From: Bacteroidota bacterium
GTDB taxonomy: Bacteria; Bacteroidota; Bacteroidia; Bacteroidales; FEN-979
DNA length: 64,000 nucleotides
Reading direction: 5' to 3'
Assembly (NCBI GenBank): GCA_037134895.1
Contig: JBAXLI010000003.1
Span: 43,937 to 107,936, forward strand
Under the pieces are notes generated by a model. It did no database searches, was not told the DNA's origin, and saw nothing but the letters and a program-made list of their open reading frames with translations. Shown one piece after another: positions 1 to 10,480 of the stretch; the first letter of the stretch is position 1, and every line of letters starts with the position of its first letter. The translations under genes were made by a program, and so were the position numbers.

Positions 1-1
1 A

Positions 2-3000
2 GCTGCTGCAGTAGCCGTAGGAAATGCAGAACGGCTCAAGAAGGATATCATGATCACCCTGATCATTGCTTTCCTTGCAATTTTCCTGCTTCTTGGATTT
101 TATTTCAGGTCGATACTCGTGCCTGTAATGAGCCTGCTGCCTGCTGTGTTCGGGGGCGGACTGGCAATTGCGGTTCTCTGGCTTGTAAAAGGAAGCGTTT
201 CAGCTATCGCTCTCGGGGTTGGCTCGGTGATACTCGGGCTGATCGTAGATTATTCCCTGTACCTGATCAACCAATACCGGAGATGCGGCGATATTATGGA
301 AACGCTGAAAGAGATGTCGCAAAGCATTGTTGTTTGCGCACTTACTTCAGCCGGGGCGTTTTTATGCCTTATATTCCTGCAATCAAGTGTTCTGCATGAC
401 CTGGGATGGTTTGCAGCCCTGAGTGTAAGCGGGGCTGCCCTGTTTGCCCTGGTGTTCCTTCCACAGATGTTTTCAGAACGGTTCAGTGAAAAAAAAACCT
501 CGGGTTTTTCTTCATTTATCGACCGGGTCGGGAATATTCAGTACCACAAAAGCGTTCCACTCATCATAATCATCGGCCTCCTCATCATCTCAAGCCTTTT
601 CTTTTACAAGAACGCTGGATTCGAAACCGATATGAACAGCCTGAACTATATGGAACCCGGGCTGAAAACAGCGGGAGATCACCTCGACAGCCTCTCAAGC
701 GGCAAGCTGAAAAACGTTTACATTGTTGCCACAGCTGATAATCTGGAGAAAGCTCTCAGGCTGAACGAAAGGATACAGTCGAAACTGGACCCATTGATTA
801 AGGGTGGCATCGTTACAAGCGTTTCAGGAATACGCATGCTGTTTCTTTCCGATTCACTTTCCCGTCTCCGCATGAAGCAATGGAGATCGTATATGACATC
901 AGCCAGAACGAAAGCAATGATTGCCGGTGTGCGAAAGGCTGCTGCCCTCAATGGCTTTTCTGAAGGAGCGTTCAGCCGCTTTGACACCCTGGCCGGAAAG
1001 CATTATGAAGCTATGGATACCGCTCAGAGAGAAGGTTTCAGAAGAGCACTCTTCGGGGAATGGCTGAACGAAAAGGAAGGAATAAGCATGGTCACGAGCA
1101 TTGCAAGGGTCGACCCAATTCTGGCCCGGGCTGTATACGAGGATTTGGCAGGAATGAAAAACGTAGTGGTGTTCGACCGGCAGAAACTCACAGGCATGTT
1201 TGTCGAAAGGGTGAGGCATGACTTCGACAGGCTTGTTTTGCTTTCGATGGTTTTCGTCAGCCTGCTTTTATGGTTTTCTTTTGGTCGTATTGAACTCGCT
1301 GTATTTACTGCTATCCCGATGTACCTGTCATGGCTCATCACCCTGGGATTCATGGGTGCCACCGGGATCAGCTTCAACATCTTCAATATCATTATTTCCT
1401 CGTTTATCTTCGGCCTTGGTGTGGACTATAGTATACTCATGATGAGGGGGATTATGCATGACTACAAATACCGCACAAATAACATCGCCACATACCGTGT
1501 TTCCATAATTTTATCCTCTGCAACCACATTGTTCGGCGTTGGCGCCATGTTCCTGGCAAAGCACCCGGCATTAAATTCCATTGCGCTGATTTCGGTTTTC
1601 GGGATAACTGTCCTCGTGCTTATCACCTTTACCATACAGCCTGCGGTTGCTGGCTGGTTCATGCCCCGCAGGCTTGCCAGAAGTACTTTTCCGATCACCG
1701 CAAGGATCTTCGTCAAAACTATTATAACATGGGGGAATATTGTATTGATTGCCATGATACTTGCTGTTTCGGGAAGCCTCATGCACTTCCTTTTGCCTGT
1801 TAAAAGGAGATGGAAGGAAAACCTGTTTCATAGGATGTTTTGCAGCCTTTCAAGGGCGTACATCTTTCTTGTCTTCCCAAACCGGAAGCTGATCAATCCA
1901 TATGGGGAAGATTTCAGGAAACCGGCTGTGATCATCAGCAACCACCAGTCACTGATCGAAACTCCCGCATTGCTAAGGCTGTATCCGAAAATTATAATAC
2001 TTACAACCACATGGGTTTATAATTCACCGGTATTTGGTCCGGTTGCCCGCCTGGCAAGCTTTTACAATGTGGACCACGGACTGGATTCTATCATGGACAA
2101 GCTCAGGCAGAAAGTAAGTGAAGGCTATTCAATTTTAATCTTCCCTGAGGCTCATCGTTCAAAGGACCACAGCATACAGAGGTTTCACAGGGGTGCATTT
2201 TATCTTGCAGAGCAGCTCAAACTCGATATCCTGCCAATAATGATGTTCGGCACAGGAGATTTCCTGGAACCTGGGGAATTCTGGGGCCGGCCCAATATGT
2301 TCAGACAAAAGATCTATAGCAGGATCAGCATTGATGACCATTCCCTGGGATCAACTTACCAGGAAAGGACAAAAGCTTTCCGCCAGTTTTATAAACGTGA
2401 GTATGAACAATTCGAAACTATTGAAGGCAACACAGAGTATTACCGCCGCCTGCTCACGCTTAACTATATTTATAAAGGCCCTGTCCTTGAATGGTACCTC
2501 AGGATCAAATTATTGCTGGAAGCGAATTACAGCTTGTTGAATGAGTACGTGGTTCGAAATGGGGACATTCTTGACCTGGGCTGCGGGTTTGGTTTTATCA
2601 GTCATATGCTCGCGCTGACCTCCAGTGGAAGGAAAATCACGGGCGTTGATTTTGATGAAGAGAAGATCAGGGTAGCCGGGGCGGGATTCCTTTGTAACAA
2701 CCGCACCAGGTTCGTTACAGCTGACATAAGAAATTTCGAATTCACCTCGTTTGACTGTATCATTTTAAGTGATGTGCTTCACTATCTCCCGACTCCCGAC
2801 CAGCAGGATCTTATCAGGAAATGCATGTTGAAACTCAGGGATGACGGAATGATCATCATAAGGGACGCAGATGAGAACCGGAAGAAAGGACATTCCAGGT
2901 CGATGCTGACCGAGACACTTTCGACCGGGATAAAATTCAACAAAACCTTTGATGGCTCAGGTAAGATGCACTTTACCTCTGGGCTGAACATTGAAAAGGT

Positions 3001-3106
3001 AGCTGCTGCAGGGGGGTTTAAACTTGAAGTCATCGGATTAAAAAGCTACAGTTCCAACACCTGTTATCTTCTCAGGAAAAATGAAAGTGAGGTTGCGGCT
3101 TCATGA
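2..3106 (+). CDS. Trifunctional MMPL/RND-family exporter - PlsC-type acyltransferase - class I SAM methyltransferase fusion (5'-truncated by window edge)
   Basis: Frame is open from nt 2 (AAAVAVGNAERLKKDIM...). Two MMPL TM bundles (GLIVDY, GLGVDY), acyltransferase motifs NHQSLIE and FPEAHRS, and a C-terminal LDLGCGFG SAM motif. Architecture typical of Bacteroidota flexirubin/aryl-polyene clusters. Confidence 0.88.
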   Translation, partial: AAAVAVGNAERLKKDIMITLIIAFLAIFLLLGFYFRSILVPVMSLLPAVFGGGLAIAVLWLVKGSVSAIALGVGSVILGLIVDYSLYLINQYRRCGDIMETLKEMSQSIVVCALTSAGAFLCLIFLQSSVLHDLGWFAALSVSGAALFALVFLPQMFSERFSEKKTSGFSSFIDRVGNIQYHKSVPLIIIIGLLIISSLFFYKNAGFETDMNSLNYMEPGLKTAGDHLDSLSSGKLKNVYIVATADNLEKALRLNERIQSKLDPLIKGGIVTSVSGIRMLFLSDSLSRLRMKQWRSYMTSARTKAMIAGVRKAAALNGFSEGAFSRFDTLAGKHYEAMDTAQREGFRRALFGEWLNEKEGISMVTSIARVDPILARAVYEDLAGMKNVVVFDRQKLTGMFVERVRHDFDRLVLLSMVFVSLLLWFSFGRIELAVFTAIPMYLSWLITLGFMGATGISFNIFNIIISSFIFGLGVDYSILMMRGIMHDYKYRTNNIATYRVSIILSSATTLFGVGAMFLAKHPALNSIALISVFGITVLVLITFTIQPAVAGWFMPRRLARSTFPITARIFVKTIITWGNIVLIAMILAVSGSLMHFLLPVKRRWKENLFHRMFCSLSRAYIFLVFPNRKLINPYGEDFRKPAVIISNHQSLIETPALLRLYPKIIILTTTWVYNSPVFGPVARLASFYNVDHGLDSIMDKLRQKVSEGYSILIFPEAHRSKDHSIQRFHRGAFYLAEQLKLDILPIMMFGTGDFLEPGEFWGRPNMFRQKIYSRISIDDHSLGSTYQERTKAFRQFYKREYEQFETIEGNTEYYRRLLTLNYIYKGPVLEWYLRIKLLLEANYSLLNEYVVRNGDILDLGCGFGFISHMLALTSSGRKITGVDFDEEKIRVAGAGFLCNNRTRFVTADIRNFEFTSFDCIILSDVLHYLPTPDQQDLIRKCMLKLRDDGMIIIRDADENRKKGHSRSMLTETLSTGIKFNKTFDGSGKMHFTSGLNIEKVAAAGGFKLEVIGLKSYSSNTCYLLRKNESEVAAS

Positions 3107-4599
3107 ACAGATATGACATACTGATCATCGGTTCCGGACTAAGTGGTTTGCTTTGCGGATACATTCTCAGCAAGGAAGGGTTCAGCGTTTGCATTCTCGA
3201 AAAACATTCGGTTGCAGGTGGTTGTTTGCAGAGTTTCAGTAGAGGAGAAAATTCCTTTGATACAGGGTTTCATTACATAGGGAGTATGCTGCCGGGGCAG
3301 ACGCTTCACTCCTATTGGAAATATTTCGGGCTTAGTCAGAAGCTCGGCTTGGAGCAGTTGAACAAGGATTGTTATGACCTGGTTTCAATTGAAGGTGAAG
3401 ATTTTCCTCTTGCCCAGGGGCTTCAAAACTTTGCAGGGCGGCTATCAGACTCCTTTCCTTCATCAGCAGGTTTTCTGGACAACTATGTGAACGCCCTTTC
3501 GGAGACCGTATCGGCCTTTCCGCTTTATAATTTTGAATTGAAGGGAAGACAGGCCAAAACTGTATGGATGGAAACCAATGCCTGGGAATTCCTTCGGAAT
3601 ATGGCCGGCACAGATCCCGGGAACCTGAGGCTTCTGAATGTACTTGCCGGGAATAATTTTCTTTATGCCGGGCGAAAGGCATATACTCCCTGGCATCAGT
3701 ATGCTCTCATCAACCACTCATTTATCAGCAGTGCTTTCAGAATTAAGCAAAGCAGCATGGAAATAGCAGATCACCTGATCTCTTCGGTGAAATCGGCAGG
3801 GGGAAAAGTTTTTACAGGGCAGGAAGCGACAAAAGTTCTGGCTTTAAAGGAAAAGTTCCAGGTTGAAACTTCTGCCCGGGAAGTTTTCGTTACCGACCGC
3901 ATAATTGCGGGCATTCATCCGCAGTCAGCTATCAGGCTTCTCGATCCTTCCATGGTAAAAAAAACATACCGGTCGAGGATCATGGGGATGCATAACACAG
4001 TTTCATCCTTCGGACTTTACCTCGGAATGAAACCAGGCAGTTTTCCATACCTGGACCACAATCTGTATTATCACCTGAACAAGGATGTGTGGGCTGATGC
4101 TGAAAGCAAAAATAAAAGCTGGCCTTCGATGTACTTTCTTTATACCCCTGCAAGCTCCCGGCATGGTAGTCACTCATCCGCAGTGTGTATCCTTTCATAC
4201 ATGGTTTATGAGGAAGTGGAACAATGGGAAAAAACCAATACAGGCAGGCGGGGGAAGGATTACAGGGAGTTTAAAAATGAGAGAGCTGAAAAATTATTGT
4301 CGGTTATTGAACGGAAATTTCCTTTTATCCGTTCTTCAATAAGCAATATGGAGATATCTACACCACTTACCTGGAGGGATTACACAGGGACTCCCGAAGG
4401 CTCATTGTATGGGATACGGAAAGAGTCGGCTGACCACCTGAAAACGATGATCCTGCCCCGTACAAAGATCCCCGGTTTTTATTTCACCGGGCAGAACCTG
4501 AATATGCACGGTGCCCCCGGTGTTACCATTGGTGCAGTAATGACCTGCGCCGAAATTCTTGGGCTTGAATACCTGTTTAATAAGATCCGCAATGCATAA
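3103..4599 (+). CDS. FAD-dependent oxidoreductase, phytoene desaturase / all-trans-retinol 13,14-reductase-like
   Basis: N-terminal IIGSGLSGL dinucleotide motif, GGCLQSF, FDTGFHY, STPLTW...G.LYG, C-terminal TGQN...HG; ATGA overlap with upstream stop. Confidence 0.88.
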   Translation: MNRYDILIIGSGLSGLLCGYILSKEGFSVCILEKHSVAGGCLQSFSRGENSFDTGFHYIGSMLPGQTLHSYWKYFGLSQKLGLEQLNKDCYDLVSIEGEDFPLAQGLQNFAGRLSDSFPSSAGFLDNYVNALSETVSAFPLYNFELKGRQAKTVWMETNAWEFLRNMAGTDPGNLRLLNVLAGNNFLYAGRKAYTPWHQYALINHSFISSAFRIKQSSMEIADHLISSVKSAGGKVFTGQEATKVLALKEKFQVETSAREVFVTDRIIAGIHPQSAIRLLDPSMVKKTYRSRIMGMHNTVSSFGLYLGMKPGSFPYLDHNLYYHLNKDVWADAESKNKSWPSMYFLYTPASSRHGSHSSAVCILSYMVYEEVEQWEKTNTGRRGKDYREFKNERAEKLLSVIERKFPFIRSSISNMEISTPLTWRDYTGTPEGSLYGIRKESADHLKTMILPRTKIPGFYFTGQNLNMHGAPGVTIGAVMTCAEILGLEYLFNKIRNA

Positions 4600-6298
4600 C
4601 AGGAAATATCGCCGAAAACACCGGGTCTGGGTCCTTATCTTTATCTGCGTTGCAATCCTGCTGAGTTTATGGTCATGGTTCAGGATTTCAATAAATATTA
4701 ATCCTCCTGCAATCGCCGACTGTTCGGCAGATACCCTCCAGGTAGAAAGGCTTCCAGGTGATGTCAGCCGATGCGGGAATTCATGGCTTAAAAGGGATTC
4801 ATCAGGATTATGGCTGATGTACCTTAAAGGATCACCTTATGAACGCGGGTTTACAAACGGGAAACTATCTGAAAAACTGATCTACTGGCAGGAGAAAGCA
4901 TTTGTTGACCAGATCAGGAAAATGATCCCTTCTGACTTTTACCTGAAATTCCTGAAGTACTTTATATACTGGTTCAACCGTGACCTGGACAAAAATGTCC
5001 CACTGGAATTCAAACAAGAGATTTACGGCATAAGCCGGTCGGCGAGTTATGACTTTGCCTTCATAGGCACCAACTACCAGAGAATGCTGAATTACCATTC
5101 GGCACATGACATAGGCCATGCCCTGGAACAGTTGAGCCTTGTGGGTTGTACTTCATTCGGGGTCTGGGGCAATTCCAGCGCCGACGGAAGCCTTATCATC
5201 GGCAGGAACTTCGATTTTTATATGGGCGATGAATTTGCCCGTAACAAAATCATATGCTTTGAAGAACCTGACAGCGGACATGCTTTCATGATGGTGACCT
5301 GGGGTGGTATGGCAGGAGCGGTGTCGGGGATGAACGAAGAAGGCCTTACAGTTACGATAAATGCTGCAAAATCAAAGATCCCCTTCTCGGCACGTACGCC
5401 GATCTCGCTCCTGGCCAGGGAGATCCTGCAGTATGCCACTACAATTAACGAGGCTTATACTATTGCAGAGAAGCGGCATATTTTTGTTTCGGAATCTCTG
5501 CTGATAGGCTCTGCAAAAGACGGCAGGGCAGCTATCATCGAAAAAACACCTTACCGCATCGCCCTGGTTGAATCTCAGTCTGCTTCGATATTATGTACCA
5601 ACCATTTTCAATCACCACTGTTTTCAACAGATCCCCTGAATATAGAAAATCTCAGGGATAACGCCTCGAAATACAGATTTGGCAGGCTTAAACAGGATAT
5701 TCAACAAAAATCACCTCTTGATGTTGAAGATGTGGCTGAAATCCTCAGGGACAAGGCCGGGATAAATAATGCCCGCATAGGCCTTGGGAATGAAAAAGCC
5801 ATCAATCAATTGATCGCCCATCACTCGATAATTTTCAAACCTTCCGAAAGACTGGTATGGGTTTCTGCAGACCCCTGGCAAATAGGATCTTACAAATGCT
5901 TCAACCTGAGAAAAATTTTTCATAATTTTGCAGCCTCAAATCAGGGGGTGGATATTGAAGATAAAACGAGAAGGATCCCGCCCGATGTTTTCCTGTATTC
6001 AGCCGGATACAAAGCATTTCTTGAATTCGGAAGCATGAAGAGGATCCTCCGAGAACATATAGTAAAGCGCATGGCGCTTCAAAACGAGAGTTCTTTTATT
6101 TCTGCATTCATTCATACTAACCCGGAATTTTATGAATCCTGGCTTCTCGCTGCAGATTATTTTCATGCCACGAAAAACATTGCTTTAGCCAGGTCTTATT
6201 ATTACCATGCCCTGGGCTGCGAAGTACCCAGGTGGCAGGAGAAAAAAAGAATTATCAGCCGTATTGCTGAATGCAACACGGTCTTATTAAAGAAATAA
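4592..6298 (+). CDS. C45-family autoproteolytic Ntn-hydrolase/acyltransferase, membrane-anchored
   Basis: N-terminal TM helix, G-CTSF autoprocessing nucleophile, GRNFDF, SGMNEEGL, TNHF. ATG 4592 overlaps the upstream stop and is preferred to the TTG at 4559. Confidence 0.85.
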   Translation: MHNRKYRRKHRVWVLIFICVAILLSLWSWFRISININPPAIADCSADTLQVERLPGDVSRCGNSWLKRDSSGLWLMYLKGSPYERGFTNGKLSEKLIYWQEKAFVDQIRKMIPSDFYLKFLKYFIYWFNRDLDKNVPLEFKQEIYGISRSASYDFAFIGTNYQRMLNYHSAHDIGHALEQLSLVGCTSFGVWGNSSADGSLIIGRNFDFYMGDEFARNKIICFEEPDSGHAFMMVTWGGMAGAVSGMNEEGLTVTINAAKSKIPFSARTPISLLAREILQYATTINEAYTIAEKRHIFVSESLLIGSAKDGRAAIIEKTPYRIALVESQSASILCTNHFQSPLFSTDPLNIENLRDNASKYRFGRLKQDIQQKSPLDVEDVAEILRDKAGINNARIGLGNEKAINQLIAHHSIIFKPSERLVWVSADPWQIGSYKCFNLRKIFHNFAASNQGVDIEDKTRRIPPDVFLYSAGYKAFLEFGSMKRILREHIVKRMALQNESSFISAFIHTNPEFYESWLLAADYFHATKNIALARSYYYHALGCEVPRWQEKKRIISRIAECNTVLLKK

Positions 6299-6359
6299 AA
6301 CGGTGTGAACCGGCCTGGGCAGAACATCCTCAGGGCATTTAAGGACTAAACCAAAAAAG

Positions 6360-7631
6360 ATGAAATTTAAACTGATATATCCCCGTTGGGAAAAACTTGA
6401 AGGACAAACCATTTTCAATCTTCCTCCTCACGGACCTGTGGTAATGGCTGCGGCCGTTCCCGAAGACATAACCATCGACTTCACCGATGAGAACGTAGAA
6501 GATATCGTCGTTGACGATTCTCCCGATCTCGTTGGTATTTCGATGATGCTTACGACGCAGGTCAAACGGGGCTGGAAGATCGCCGACCAATACCGTGCCC
6601 TGGGAAAAAAAGTGATCTTCGGAGGCATTTCTACTATGCTTCATGCCGAAGAGACCATGCTTCATGCCGATTCTGTGTTCCTCGGCGAAGTGGAAGGCCG
6701 TCTGGATGAAGTGTTCGCCGATTTCAAAAAGAATGCTCTGAAGAAGGTTTATAATTTTCTTACCAAACCACCCGATATGGGCCTTATCGGCCCTGCCAGG
6801 CGGGACATCCTTAAGAAAGACCTTTATTACCATAAGGGTTTCAGGATGGTCGACCTGTTTCATGCTTCCCGGGGATGCATTTATGACTGCTATCCCTGTG
6901 CGGTTAGGTACCTCGGAGGCCGTGGATTCCGCCCACGCCCTATTGAACGCGTTGTTGAAGAACTTTCGCAGATGGATAACAACAGGCTGTTCATCGTCGA
7001 CAACTCCCTGGCCCTTGATACAAAATGGGAAAAAGAACTTTTCAAAGCCATGATCCCGCTAAAGAAGAAATGGGTAAGCCATACTATTGAAGATAAAGAC
7101 GACGTGCTTGACCTGGCTGCCCAGGCCGGGGCATGGTATGTGTACCAGGCTGTGTTCGACACCTCCGACTATATCAGGAATCGTGTGAAACAATACCATG
7201 ATTATGGTATTGCCGTTGAAGGGACTATCCTGCTGGGACTCGACAACCAGACCGAAGATGATATCAAACGACTTATCGATTTCCTGCTCGAGATTGACCT
7301 CGACCTGGCTGAATTCACGGTGCTTGCGCCCTTCCCTCATACCAAGGCTTACAGCGATCTTTTAAAACAGAACCGCATTTTCGACAAAGACTGGAATCAT
7401 TACAACGCAGGCAAGGTGGTATATTATCCCAAGCATATGAGCCCCGAAAGGCTTTCAGAACTCTTTCAGTATGCCTGGGACACCTTTTATAAGGACGAAC
7501 CCCAGACGATGAAAATGTTCAACCTGATCAATAAAGTGATGTCAAGGGAGATTGCCGACGGGACCTACACACCACGCCGCCGCGATATCGCCAACCTCAG
7601 CTTCGGAAAACAAGTAACTGATATTGCTTAA
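6360..7631 (+). CDS. Cobalamin-binding-domain radical SAM protein (class B methyltransferase-like)
   Basis: SRGCIYDCYPC (CxxxCxxC). N-terminal B12-binding-type region (DENVE, DLVGIS, VIFGG, ADSVFLGEVE) and C-terminal PFPHT motif. Confidence 0.85.
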   Translation: MKFKLIYPRWEKLEGQTIFNLPPHGPVVMAAAVPEDITIDFTDENVEDIVVDDSPDLVGISMMLTTQVKRGWKIADQYRALGKKVIFGGISTMLHAEETMLHADSVFLGEVEGRLDEVFADFKKNALKKVYNFLTKPPDMGLIGPARRDILKKDLYYHKGFRMVDLFHASRGCIYDCYPCAVRYLGGRGFRPRPIERVVEELSQMDNNRLFIVDNSLALDTKWEKELFKAMIPLKKKWVSHTIEDKDDVLDLAAQAGAWYVYQAVFDTSDYIRNRVKQYHDYGIAVEGTILLGLDNQTEDDIKRLIDFLLEIDLDLAEFTVLAPFPHTKAYSDLLKQNRIFDKDWNHYNAGKVVYYPKHMSPERLSELFQYAWDTFYKDEPQTMKMFNLINKVMSREIADGTYTPRRRDIANLSFGKQVTDIA

Positions 7632-7635
7632 AACC

Positions 7636-7670
7636 CGTAATTCGTAACTCGTAACTCGTAATTCGTAACT
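7636..7670. repeat. Heptamer tandem repeat CGTAA(C/T)T x5
   Basis: cgtaatt-cgtaact-cgtaact-cgtaatt-cgtaact read directly in the 44-bp intergenic gap. Confidence 0.9.
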
Positions 7671-7675
7671 AATAT

Positions 7676-8062
7676 ATGGAGACCAATCCCGCCTTCAACA
7701 AATACATGGACCGTTACTTCGATTATCTTGGGCATTGGGAAAGTCCGTCGAAATGCGGTTTGAAACTGCTCAGGCGTAAAGACGGGAAAACCCTGGCTAT
7801 TGCAACAGAGATCTACCGTCAGAACCCCGGTTCCCCGGTAACGGAGGTCGTTGCCACCCTTGCAACCCAGGTACTGAAGATCAACGGACTCGAACCGGGT
7901 AATTTCATTTTTGTTGAACATACCCCCGACCTGGGCAGCAAACTCACCTTTTATGGAGAGACATTCGACAAGGTTGACTTTGAGTGGGATGGTGATAATT
8001 TCTCAAACCCTGTATGGACAAGGCTTACAAATGAGGATGTTGACCGCATGATGGAAGAGTAA
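7676..8062 (+). CDS. Hypothetical protein (128 aa)
   Basis: Clean ATG ORF with AT-rich leader, co-oriented with the cluster; motifs NPGSPVTE, FVEHTP, TFDKVDFEW; no function recognised. Confidence 0.75.
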   Translation: METNPAFNKYMDRYFDYLGHWESPSKCGLKLLRRKDGKTLAIATEIYRQNPGSPVTEVVATLATQVLKINGLEPGNFIFVEHTPDLGSKLTFYGETFDKVDFEWDGDNFSNPVWTRLTNEDVDRMMEE

Positions 8063-8082
8063 ATTCTCCATATCTTTACGGC

Positions 8083-10470
8083 ATGCACCAACTTTTTTAC
8101 CGTTATTCTTTCTCTTTCCTTCTTTTTTTTCTCTTCCTGTTACTGAATGCGGATGAGGTTTCTGCACAACCCATACTAAGGTCTTCGGTCAAAGGCATAG
8201 TGCTTGATGCCTCCTCACTTGAGCCCCTGCCGGGTGCCAGTGTACAGCTTGTTGGCTCAACCCCTCCCCAGGCTTGTTCAACTGATGCTTCAGGCCGTTT
8301 CAGGCTGACAGGCATTCCTATAGGTAATGCCGAACTTAAAGCAAGCTTTATTGGTTATGCCACCGCTGTCACAGATCCCCTGGTCGTAAGCAGCGGCAAG
8401 GAGACAGATGTAACCATCTATCTTAAACAGACAGGCATCAACGGAAAAGAAGTTGAGGTGGTCGCAGGCAGGCAAAATGAAGTCATCAACCGTATGGCTT
8501 CGGTGAGCATTCGTCCGTTCAGCGTGGATGAGACTTTCAGGTTCCCGGGAACGTATAATGACCCTGCCAGGATGGCCCAGAATTTTGCTGGCGTAACTTC
8601 AGGAATTGACAACCGAAATGATATAATAGTCAGGGGTAACTCCCCTTCAGGACTGCAATGGAGGCTCGACGACATGGAGATCCCGAATCCAAACCATTTT
8701 GCTGCCGTTGGAACCACCGGCGGACCGGTGACCCTGATCAACGACAACCTGATGACCAACTCTGATTTCCTCACAGGCTGCTTCCCCGCACAATATGGAA
8801 ACACCACAGCCGGGGTTTTTGACATGAAACTAAAGACCGGCAACAGCGACCATAACGAATACTGGTTCGGGCTTGGCTGGAATGGGGTTGAATTCGGCTC
8901 CGAAGGTCCGTTCTCAAAGAAAAGCACAGCTTCGTACATCTTTGCCTACAGGATATCGATGCTGCAACTCCTGGGCTATGCAGGGGTAAAAATGGATGTG
9001 ATCCCGCAGTACCAGGACTTCAGCATGAAGATAAACCTCCCTTTGAAAAAAGCGGGTATCCTCACAATAACCGGGATCGGCGGACTGAGTTATATACAGC
9101 TTTTTGACAGCCGGAAACCACAATCAGGATGGATGTTCCCCGATTACGGAGAAGACATCGCCAACGGTTCAAACCTCGGCGTGCTGGGGCTGACTCATCA
9201 GGCCACATTAAAACCGGGATTACGGATAAAAACCATGCTTTATGCCGTAGGTTCACTGGTTTACACTCAGATCGACACCTTCTCAAATGTCGCTACCACT
9301 CCTTCACTCTGGGCCGGGGAACGTAGCTCCGAAGTTAAACTCTCGTTTTCATCGAAGATCTTTAAAAAATTCAACCCAAAAACCTCGCTTGAAGCCGGAC
9401 TGGGCTACGATCATTTTTTTATGCATTTCGCCGACAGCATGATGTTTAAAAGCGCTTTCCAGGTGCATACAGGAACAAAGGAACAAATGGATTTTCTAAG
9501 GGCTTATGGCCAGGTGCTTCAAAGCCTTTCAGGTTCTGCCGACCTTACAGCAGGAGTTTATGGATCATGGCTGCCGATGAATAACTCATGGGCCCTGGAA
9601 CCCAGGATTGGCCTTGACTGGAGGATATCCGAAAAACACGCACTTGGTTTCGGAGCCGGGCTCTACAGCCAGATGCCTCAGCATGTCGTATATTTCCAGA
9701 TCAACAGGCTGCCTGGCAACATAATCCTTCAGCCGAACCGCAACCTCGATTTTATGAGGTCGTTCCAATCGGCGCTTTCCTACGATTTTAAACCAGTGGG
9801 CAAACTGCATTTTAAAACAGAGGTGTATTACCAGTACCTTTACAATCTTCCCGTAAAGCAGAATATCCCCCAATACTCACTCATCAACGAAGGCCATGAC
9901 TTCTTCCTAAACAGGCAGTATTCCGACAGCCTGGTGAACAATGGGACCGGACAGAATTACGGCATAGAGTTCACCTTTGAAAAGTATTATGGTAAACAGT
10001 ATTATTTCCTGCTCACTGCATCTGCCTTCCGCTCTGAATATACGGCCTGGGATGGTGTGCAAAGAAGTTCGGCTTTCGGCGTGAATTATGTTTTGAATGC
10101 TGTGGGCGGATATGATTTCGTGATTGGCAAACGACGCTGGGGTGTTTTATCGGTCGGCCTCAGAGCAACCTATGCCGGGGGCAATCCGTATGTGCCGTTT
10201 GATGTTAATGCCACGATGGCCTCAGGTGAAACCATGATGGACTGGCCCGCTTCCTTTACGGTGAATTATCCCGACTATAAGAGAGCTTCCCTGAGGTTCG
10301 GGCTTAAAAGGAATCTTCCGGGTTATAATGTTGAATTTATTCTTGACCTGCAGTACCGTACAAATTATACAAACGTTTACCTTCAAAGGATCGATCCGAA
10401 AACAGGTGAGATCCGGGACTTTTTCAATATGGGATTTTTCCCAATGGTCACCTGGAGAATTCAGTTTTAA
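8083..10470 (+). CDS. TonB-dependent receptor with N-terminal carboxypeptidase-regulatory-like domain
   Basis: Signal peptide, VKGIVLDA..EPLPGASV (CarboxypepD_reg-like), plug NDPARMAQNFAGV...RGNSP...NPNHF, barrel EPRIG motif, C-terminal Phe. Confidence 0.9.
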   Translation: MHQLFYRYSFSFLLFFLFLLLNADEVSAQPILRSSVKGIVLDASSLEPLPGASVQLVGSTPPQACSTDASGRFRLTGIPIGNAELKASFIGYATAVTDPLVVSSGKETDVTIYLKQTGINGKEVEVVAGRQNEVINRMASVSIRPFSVDETFRFPGTYNDPARMAQNFAGVTSGIDNRNDIIVRGNSPSGLQWRLDDMEIPNPNHFAAVGTTGGPVTLINDNLMTNSDFLTGCFPAQYGNTTAGVFDMKLKTGNSDHNEYWFGLGWNGVEFGSEGPFSKKSTASYIFAYRISMLQLLGYAGVKMDVIPQYQDFSMKINLPLKKAGILTITGIGGLSYIQLFDSRKPQSGWMFPDYGEDIANGSNLGVLGLTHQATLKPGLRIKTMLYAVGSLVYTQIDTFSNVATTPSLWAGERSSEVKLSFSSKIFKKFNPKTSLEAGLGYDHFFMHFADSMMFKSAFQVHTGTKEQMDFLRAYGQVLQSLSGSADLTAGVYGSWLPMNNSWALEPRIGLDWRISEKHALGFGAGLYSQMPQHVVYFQINRLPGNIILQPNRNLDFMRSFQSALSYDFKPVGKLHFKTEVYYQYLYNLPVKQNIPQYSLINEGHDFFLNRQYSDSLVNNGTGQNYGIEFTFEKYYGKQYYFLLTASAFRSEYTAWDGVQRSSAFGVNYVLNAVGGYDFVIGKRRWGVLSVGLRATYAGGNPYVPFDVNATMASGETMMDWPASFTVNYPDYKRASLRFGLKRNLPGYNVEFILDLQYRTNYTNVYLQRIDPKTGEIRDFFNMGFFPMVTWRIQF

Positions 10471-10480
10471 ATGTGAGGCT

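Noticed and set aside
7636-7670. Heptamer tract as a mini-CRISPR
   Set aside because: Units are 7 bp and contiguous, with no spacers.
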